Source: Chrysomallon squamiferum
Taxonomy: Eukaryota; Animalia; Mollusca
Assembly (NCBI GenBank): GCA_012295275.1
Contig: CM022665.1
Location: forward strand, 22,382,001-22,446,000
DNA length: 64,000 nt
Direction: 5' to 3'
Part shown: in pieces, positions 55,620 to 64,000 of the stretch
Layout: each line of letters begins with the position of its first letter
How positions within the stretch are numbered: position 1 is the stretch's first letter
Program-made: the position numbers and the translations under genes
The notes under the pieces: model-generated
The model's database searches: none
What the model saw: only the letters and a program-made list of their open reading frames with translations
What the model was told of the DNA's origin: nothing

Positions 55620-55660
55620 TTTTTATACAGGAAATTTTACGATTTCGAGAAGGTTCTGGA
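55620..55660 (-). promoter_or_regulatory. TATA box and heat-shock element of sHSP copy 1
   Basis: TATAAAA on the minus strand at ~55620-55626, and a perfect three-unit HSE TTCgaGAAggTTC at 55644-55656. Confidence 0.85.
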
Positions 55661-57525
55661 TAAATTTATTCATAGGTCAATGTCAGTTTTGATAAACAAA
55701 GTGTGAAGGACGTGATTAAGACGCCCTTCTAAATTTAGAAAGGAAATGCAAGTGTATCAAAATCTGATGTATATTAATCAAAATGTAAATTTCATTTTAA
55801 TTTCCAGTCTTTACTTTAAAAATTTATATTATTTGTTTACGGTTGTTATGTCTTGTATGAAAAACGAATTGAAAACATGCAACTCTGACTTTCAGGATGG
55901 CCTATATTGCTATATAATGATGGGCCGTCCCCGTTTGAAATGAGAGCATCGTTAGGTTTAATAATAATACAAGTTAATACTATTTACACAGGACAAAATT
56001 GATAAATTTTATTTATTTATTTACTATGCTGTTGTTTTTTGTTGATGTCATCAGATTAACAAAAAGACGAGGAAGAGACTTTTTTTAAAATGAAATATGA
56101 TGTTATTAACAACATTAATTCAAATAATAATAATAATAATAATAACAATGATAATTATGACTTTAATATTAGATAATGATAAAAAGATTAAGAGATTACA
56201 TACTTAGAAATTAATAAAAGCCTAGGTCACTTAATATTTTAAAATGTTTATTTTCATGCACTCTTTGAACGTTCAATAATAAAAAATCTAATATCTGGAA
56301 ATGCATTTTCTCTCGTCATTTCTATTGTCATTTTACACACATAATATGCAAACACGCAAACACGCCATTCCATCTATAAATACTCTGTATTTGCAATATA
56401 AACACTCGTCAAATAAATAAATAATCAAAAATATTTTTGTAGTGAACGCTTTAGCTCAGCTAAGTTCTTACAGAAAACCATGCTTCTCAAGCAAATTTGG
56501 TTAATATACACTTTTGACTTATTTAACCGATTTTAATAGTCTAAAATGCAATACCTGTAACCAAGAAACTAACACAGAACGGAATAGAGTGTATTCAGAT
56601 CAGGAGACTCGTACTGCATAATTTTCACATAATTTGTCGTACAATATCGAAGTCCGTGCGGACTCTAGATCAGTTTTTATTATTGTTATTATTATTTTTT
56701 TTTTTTTTTTATTTATTTATTTATTTATTTATTTAAAATTATATTATGCCTGTAGGCATATGCACGTGCGGCCTGTAAATTCTCTATAAAATTAACAATG
56801 CGTATGACTCAGTATAATAATAGATTTAAAATGTGTTAAATACGTCGGCAAATAAAATATTTCTTCCTTCTTTCTGTTTTTAATTCAGAAAATTCTTAAT
56901 TCCTATCCAGATCGTTATCCACCGAAAAACAGCAACAGCAATGATAACAACAACAACTGTTTTTATTATTTATTTTATTTTTTGTTGTTGTTGTGGATAC
57001 AGTAAAAGAAATAGATGTACATATGTCATATGATCTGAGAAAATGTGTTTACGAGAAGCTAAATCTTTAGCTAAGGTGCTTAGTACTAGTATCTAGAATA
57101 TATTTTTTTTTTACAATTTTTTTTTTGTTGTTAGAGAAATAATCATATTTGTCTTTTTAATTAGCAGTAGTTTCTAGACTTATTGTTGTTATTTATTTAT
57201 TTGTTTATTTTGAGGGAACAAACAAATTTGCATGTTCCAATTTCTGACGTTAATTTGAAACAGATACCTATTAAACACAGGGAAATCTCCACTGAGCTGA
57301 GGGCAACCGCTTGAAATATCTTATTTCATTTTCAGTGTTACCGAGATGATTACGGTATCGTTCGTTAGTTTAACATCTGATGCAGAAAGTCTATGCGTCA
57401 ATGTCTTTGTAGATTTAGAAAGAAGGAATGTTTGTTATGTTTACAGTGAAGTACACGTCAACACGTGTGATACCGCATACTATTGGTGTCTGTTTAATAC
57501 TGACATCCATGTACAAGATACGTAA

Positions 57526-57540
57526 AGAAACTTCTCGAAG
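57526..57540. promoter_or_regulatory. Intergenic perfect heat-shock element
   Basis: aGAAacTTCtcGAAg matches nGAAnnTTCnnGAAn. Confidence 0.6.
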
Positions 57541-58003
57541 GACTAATTTTGTTGCCAGTGACTTCTGCACAAAAACTAGATCTAAAACGGTAGAATCGCT
57601 TTGGATTCTGCGTTAAGTAGGAGAAGATGGGAGTAGGTTTAATTATTAAACGACTTTTTTGCACTTGGAAATGAAAGAAAGCAATTAGCCTGCGAGTGTG
57701 TGTATATGTTTATAAAGGCTGATTATTATTGCTGTTGCTGTTGTTGTTACTGTTGTTGTTGTTGTTGTTATTATTATTATTATTATTATTATTACAAAGA
57801 CTGTCAAATCAAAATCTGTCTGAAGATTAACCAGCGATGCTTCTAATTATCTTTGTATCATGTAAAGTGACGTCCTTTTGGCGTGACAAGTAGAAGGATT
57901 AAATCAGTTCTCCTCACAAGGATGACTAAGGCATTTTCCGTTCCAGCTCCACGACTGGTTGACTGTAAAATACTCTTCCCTATTTTCTGCTTGTTTAGTA
58001 TAG

Positions 58004-58125
58004 CTTAAATTGTTAAAAATCTCAGAGAGGTAGCAATGAATTTTGTCTCTCTTAACATAGTTACCTTAAATTGTTAAAAATCTCAGAGAGGTAGCAATGA
58101 ATTTTGTCTCTCTTAACATAGTTAC
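58004..58125. repeat. Perfect 61-bp direct tandem duplication
   Basis: CTTAAATTGTTAAAAATCTCAGAGAGGTAGCAATGAATTTTGTCTCTCTTAACATAGTTAC occurs twice in tandem. Confidence 0.95.
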
Positions 58126-58795
58126 ACTAACATCATATTTATAAAGACAACATTCAAGTGTGTTGAAGTGTCATTTAGCAGACATTCTGTTTACCATTTC
58201 TATTGCCAATAGTACTGGCATTACAAAAATAATTATTGTCACATTAAATCCACCTCAGTATTGTCATATTAAATCTACTTCATTATTAACAGAATTCAAT
58301 TTTTAACTACCATTTAGGGAGCTTTTACACAAGTCATTAAATTTTTTGTAACACACACACTTTGTGTGTATCAACAAAATTGTAAAGTGTACTCTCAAGT
58401 AAAGGGTATATTAGTGTAGTTTTTACGTAAAGAATTTTTAATTTGTTTTTCCTCATCAATGTTGTATTCAGAATTGGATCGCTCACATCTACATCCATTC
58501 TTATTTCAATGATTCACTCTACACTGGATATTCTCTGTAGGCCGTTATTAACTGTTGAATAATGTATTTTAGCACTCCCCCCTTCCCACAAGAAGGAGGG
58601 GAAAAAATATCTTTTATTTTTAATATTTATTTCATTATCTCGTTGCCTGTGACGAAATTAAAACCATGTGTTTACTTTTGCTCACAATCACAACCTTTTG
58701 GTTTGTATTCTCATTCGATCACCAACCTCCAAATATTAAGTTCCTTGTGAGGGAGAGAAAACTAACTTCAGACCTACAATCCATTTACTTAGCAC

Positions 58796-58834
<39 letters not shown>

Positions 58835-59464
58835 TAATAATAATAGAAGAAAATATATAAATTTTGCCTCAGCATTCTTAACCAGTAATCAGGTTGAATA
58901 CTGCCAATTTTATTTATTTAATTTAATTTTTTTAAATTTATTTATTTTATTTATTAGTGCTAAGAGAACATGAAAATGAGAAAAATTATTGCTTTATCAA
59001 TTTTTTGTTTACATTGTGTGCTTTACTGCAAAAACAACAGAAATGAAAATGATGTCATGTTATAGTCTAGTTTGACAGTACTAATATCTTATGTTTGTGG
59101 ACAATATTTTAACATGATTATATAAAAAAAATAACCAAATTCAACAGACAACCAAAATAAGATTTCAAAGCTTTTATTTGATACAAAACAAAGCCACAAA
59201 TAATCTGAAAAAAATAACAAAATGATGCAAACAAAGAAATAATATAAACTAATATAATGAGAAACACACAACAAATGATCAAATCATGTTAAAAATTAGT
59301 TTTTAATTTTGGTCAACTTTAGATTTCAACGTAACATTTTAAGCACAACATGAAATTCAGTCTCCATTCCTAGCAAAAATATTCAGGAATAGTTCCAAAC
59401 TGTTTTTAAACTATGAATTTGAATAAACTAATGTTAGAAAACAATTCCTTGTTTTGTGAACTGT

Positions 59465-61450
59465 TTATCTGCGATGCTTTTGAGTGGAACCAGTGATTGC
59501 TGGAGTTGTCTCATGGGTGCATTTAATTGGAATGCTCTGTGTCTTGGGTCCTTCTAGAGACAGTTTTGGTGCTTTAATACTGAGTACTCCATCTCCACTC
59601 AAGGATGATGTCACTGTCTGAGGATCAACATCCTGTAAAATTATATATATATTTTTTTTTTTTCGTAAGGTCGAGGATGTTAATTTAAATTTTAAATTTT
59701 GAAAATTTCCTAACCAAATATGTTTATAACTTTTTAAATACTGACCATACATGTTACAACTATAATTTTAAAAAATTCTGTGCATGTCTACATTTATTAT
59801 AATACTTTAATGAATGATCTACTGTTCATTTCTAAATGAAAATACAAAATAATTCTTTTTATTTCTTTTTAGTACCAATTTGTAGAAACAGTGCATTGTA
59901 ATCAAATTATACTATGAAAACAAGTCTGGCTACAAAAACCAACCCAATTTATTATTTTTTTTTTTTTTTTTTTTTTAAATACGAAACAAAATGTACATCT
60001 ATTCTAAAGACATGCTAGTTCAATACGCCTTTTTATTTTTACAATCACACAATGTAACAGTAGATAAACTGATCCGGAGGTATTCTCTTTTTCTTTTTTT
60101 TAAAATTTAAATAAATAATCTACATTTAACTTGAAAATTATTATCATAATTTTGGAACAAACGTTCTGATGTTTAAGAAAACCCCTTAAAAAAAAATCCT
60201 TTTACCTCAGGTAGAACATACTGCCTTGTGAACTCTCTACAAATATAGCCATGTTCATCTTCTCTTTCTTCATGTTTAGCATGAATGACCACTCGATTAT
60301 CAACAGTTTTCACCTGAATTTCATCTGGTTTGAAATGCTGGACATCCACTTTAACACAAAATTCTTTTTCGTTGTTGCTTAACTGTAAACAATAAATGTA
60401 CATTTTATAAACTTGTAGCATTCCTTACATATATATATATATTTACAGCACCAATTTCTGCCCATTAACTTTTATATTTGGTCTTTTCCCAACCATCTCC
60501 TACTTTTATTACATTTTTATTTCCAATGGCAGAACATAAAGATAACAATTTCAAATAGTTTTTAATGTATAAAATTTTATATTTAAATAATACTTTTTAA
60601 TTTTTATTTATTTACTTCAGGGGGCAACTATGTATTTTTCTTTTACAAGTGCATATTTCTAATACTGGCAGAAACTAAAATGATTCATTACCAAATAAAC
60701 AGGATATACAACATTTTCTGGAATCCGTTTTATCAGTCCAGCAGGCCATAATATCGCAGCCATGTTGACGGCAGTTATTGTTTTTTAACAAGAAACCGAA
60801 ACATTTTGACACAATTCACAACGCGTTGTTGTTATTGTTAAATTATAAGCAACGGATAATGCTGATGCATTTCCGGATGGAAAGTGAAACAACTTTTCTA
60901 CAAATACACTTCAAAGAACACGAAAAGTATAATATTATTTAAATATTCTACAGTTACGTAAACAATCATCCTGTTTTTATATTAAACGGGGGGGGGGGAG
61001 GGGAGGGATTATTTAAAAATTAATTTATCATTATTATTTATTTATTTGTTATTTTACTATTATTTTTGGCATTTTTAACTTATCTCTTTATTTATTTATT
61101 TATTTATTTATTTATTTTGATCCACCATTGAAATGAAGAAATTTAATAACTTGACCAATTTCAAAAAAAAAAAAAAAAAAAAAAAAAACACAAACAAAAA
61201 CCCCCGTCGTATTAATATAAGTTTAATGCAAATAGATGAAAATCGTACATACCTCGCTTGCTGCACTTTGATGCCTAGGTTGCATGGTGCGAGATTGCAA
61301 CTGATGTGCCAATGCACGATATACATCTGGAAGCATATCTTCTTCTGTTGGCCCAATACCCAATTGCTGCTCCAAAAGATGGACTGGGTCATCCCAAATA
61401 CCATAAGATGGAGAGCGATGAACGTACATCAATCGAAATGGATTCGACAT
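59465..61450 (-). CDS. Small heat-shock protein (HSP20/alpha-crystallin family), copy 2, 3 exons, 180 aa
   Basis: Exons: 61450-61253, 60382-60206, 59632-59465 (TAA), with the same intron positions as copy 1. Motifs are [57 protein letters not shown] and the IXI motif SIPIK. Confidence 0.95.
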
Positions 61451-61581
61451 GATATCGCCTTGTTCAATAGAAAAACGCTTCCACAAATTCTGCTAAACAC
61501 AGACCTGGCTCTTAGAAACACTGGATAAAAATGTACAGCACTGCTAACTACCCGGCAATTTATTTGAAAGTAAAACATGCA

Positions 61582-61602
61582 AGAAAACTCTAGAATGTTC
61601 GA
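61582..61602 (-). promoter_or_regulatory. Heat-shock element of sHSP copy 2
   Basis: GAAaaCTCtaGAAtgTTC has four units, one mismatched, ~135 bp upstream of the ATG. Confidence 0.75.
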
Positions 61603-62337
61603 CACTCGATTATCTGGTGTCAGTCGACCCTGTTTTCCTATTAAGCATGCGTAGGGTCAAACTTGGCTATATCCCAAGTGGAATCCGAAAACGAAATGGG
61701 TTGTCCTAAATCACAATACTATTTCGGGCGCCCCAAATGATATTCCACACTCATTAAATTTAATGTTTGATACACACGAATACAGTAAACAATTTGTGTC
61801 ACAAAGTGAATATTGTTATTGTCGCCATTGTTATTTTTGTTTTGTTTAATAGTTAAAAAGTAAAAAATAAGTGTAATTTCTTATTCAAATCGATACTGAG
61901 ATGAATTTTGAAAGTTACGACCGCTCATAATAATGCAGGTACTGCTTCTTTTCTGAAATCCTCGAACCTGCTTCTGGTTTAATTATAATTATATTTGGTA
62001 ATAACTGTGAATTATAGTAAAATAAAATAAAATAAAATAATATATATATAAAACCATCGAACAAAAAAGACCGAACAAGAGAAATACAATAATACATTAA
62101 AAAGGGTCATTTATGTTAATTTTCAGCTTATTGATTTCAACTTAATTTAAAAAACAAAACAAACAACACCTGTATTAATTTAAAATTAAGCTTATCATCA
62201 GTACTCGAAGTACAATGGTTCACACCCACCTACACACGTATATTATAAAACGCAACCCGACAGGCGACTTAGGTGATACAGCAGTTGATTAAATACAATA
62301 CGATATCGTTGGCCGTAAGACGTTTCTATTGTCTCAG

Positions 62338-62597
62338 TATACATACATATATATGTATGTATATATGTATGTGTATGTATATATATATATGTATGTATGT
62401 GTGTGTGTATATATATATATATATGTACATACATGTGTATATATATATATATATACCCACATATATATATATATGTACATACATACACACATATATGTAT
62501 GTATATATGTATGTATGTATATATATGTACATACATACACCCACATACACACATATATATATGTATGTATCTATATATGTATGTTTGTATGTGTATA
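62338..62597. repeat. Compound (TA)/(TG)/(CA) low-complexity microsatellite
   Basis: Directly visible; it explains the spurious Y/I/M/H/C-rich ORFs in several frames. Confidence 0.95.
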
Positions 62598-64000
62598 TTT
62601 AATAATCTTTTACAGCACAAAAAAAAACTTTTTCTTTGATGCGTTCAAAATATTTATTATATAGCAATTGCTAATTAATGTCAGTATTTATTAGAGAATA
62701 TTTACGAGAAGAAATCTGCTGTTACTCTACTGTCTGGTATCGGTTAGCAACAAAAATTCTTATATATTACCTCATTCGTGGAGCAGAGGCTGAAATCGGA
62801 TACAACCCCCCAAAAATGTTTTTAACAGGAAATGATCGAGACATTTCGGTTATATTTTTATAACGACAGTTCCTAAAGTTTATTAACAACCACGCTGTGC
62901 CTGCCTTTACTAAAGTAAAATAAATAAATAAATAAATTCTTTGATGCCAGTTGAAATAATGAGAATTTCGAAAATTCTATAATAAATAATTGAAACATTA
63001 AACTAAAGAACTCCGGATTTTAACTTCGTTTTAAATAAAATTCATTTATTTTTTATTCATTTTTATGCTTTCTTTTTACGAAACTGATTTTCTCTCCCTC
63101 AAATCATTTTAATTTTCTTCAAGTATATAGTCCATTATCGAAGTGAACATTTGCTAGTTTTCTTTAGAATGTGCATCCCATAATTCAATGATAATTTTTT
63201 AGTTTTGTGTTGTTATTAGGTACACATTCTGTGAGAAATACACGTCGCCTGTCAAATACGACTCACAAACTGTATCAACAGATGTTGTCTTGTAGCGATT
63301 TGTTATGGTCTACATCTAAATTACAATTATCGCAATCCGTCTTTATTACATTTTATCATATTCTATCGATTATACAGCATTAATAACATAGTTAGGCATC
63401 TTCCCTACATCTTGTACATGTTTTTCCAACAACAACAACAACAACAAAAAAAAAAAAAAAAAAAAAGATCATTCGGTATTTCTATTATGTAACATCCAGA
63501 GTGAAATCCAGAGTGTTATATGATATATACGAAATCACGTACATTTTAATTAAATGGTCTTAACATTTTTTGTCTTTTGTTGGTAAATAAATCACTATTC
63601 TGATCCTATAAAACAAAACTTTAAAATATATCCGAGATTTTCTTTTCCAGTTAACATGCACATTCTCATCACAAATATAATAATATCTGCTTTCATTTGT
63701 ATATTTTATTTTCAATAATCTTGTTCGTCTCTGCGATTTACATTTATCAATTCACTGTTTTGCAGTGTTTTATAAATATGAACAGAAAACAATTTATTAG
63801 ATGGTTTGAGCACAAATAAAATTAATAAATATTATTATAATTATTTGTTTAAGTGTTACATTTTCTGGTATATATGGAAAAGGAAATTACCACGACAAAT
63901 TATGATGCAAAAGAAAGCTAAATAATGTTCTACGACAGAATTAAAAGGGCAGGAACTTGTCTACATGTACACGTCTTTTGCTTATTTTTCTTCTTTCTTT

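Noticed and set aside
61108-61528. Overlapping 98-aa and 131-aa ORFs
   Set aside because: They are alternative or antisense frames of sHSP copy 2 exon 1 plus a poly-A/T tract.
62243-62664. Six overlapping Y/I/M/H/C-rich ORFs
   Set aside because: Translation artefacts of a compound dinucleotide microsatellite.

Overview
This is very AT-rich, intron-rich eukaryotic DNA from an animal, probably an invertebrate (inferred from intron positions and mosaic CpG depletion). I reconstructed five protein-coding genes exon by exon, and all keep their reading frames. They are GTP cyclohydrolase I (GCH1, minus strand, 6 exons, 11407-31348), the E3 ligase FANCL (plus, 13 coding exons, 34131-41148), CCDC61/VFL3 (minus, 16 coding exons, 42278-51325) and two tandem 3-exon small heat-shock (alpha-crystallin) genes with heat-shock elements (54146-55507 and 59465-61450). 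The first ~9.7 kb is a modular, mosaic tandem-repeat array. Notable features are a U12-type AT-AC intron and a GC-AG intron in CCDC61, an unexplained CpG-rich promoter-like island inside GCH1 intron 2, an upstream duplicate of the FANCL exon 3/intron 3 junction, uORFs at GCH1 and FANCL, and a fossil pogo/Tigger transposon. I saw no tRNA, rRNA or CRISPR array. Family assignments come from recalled motifs, not database searches.
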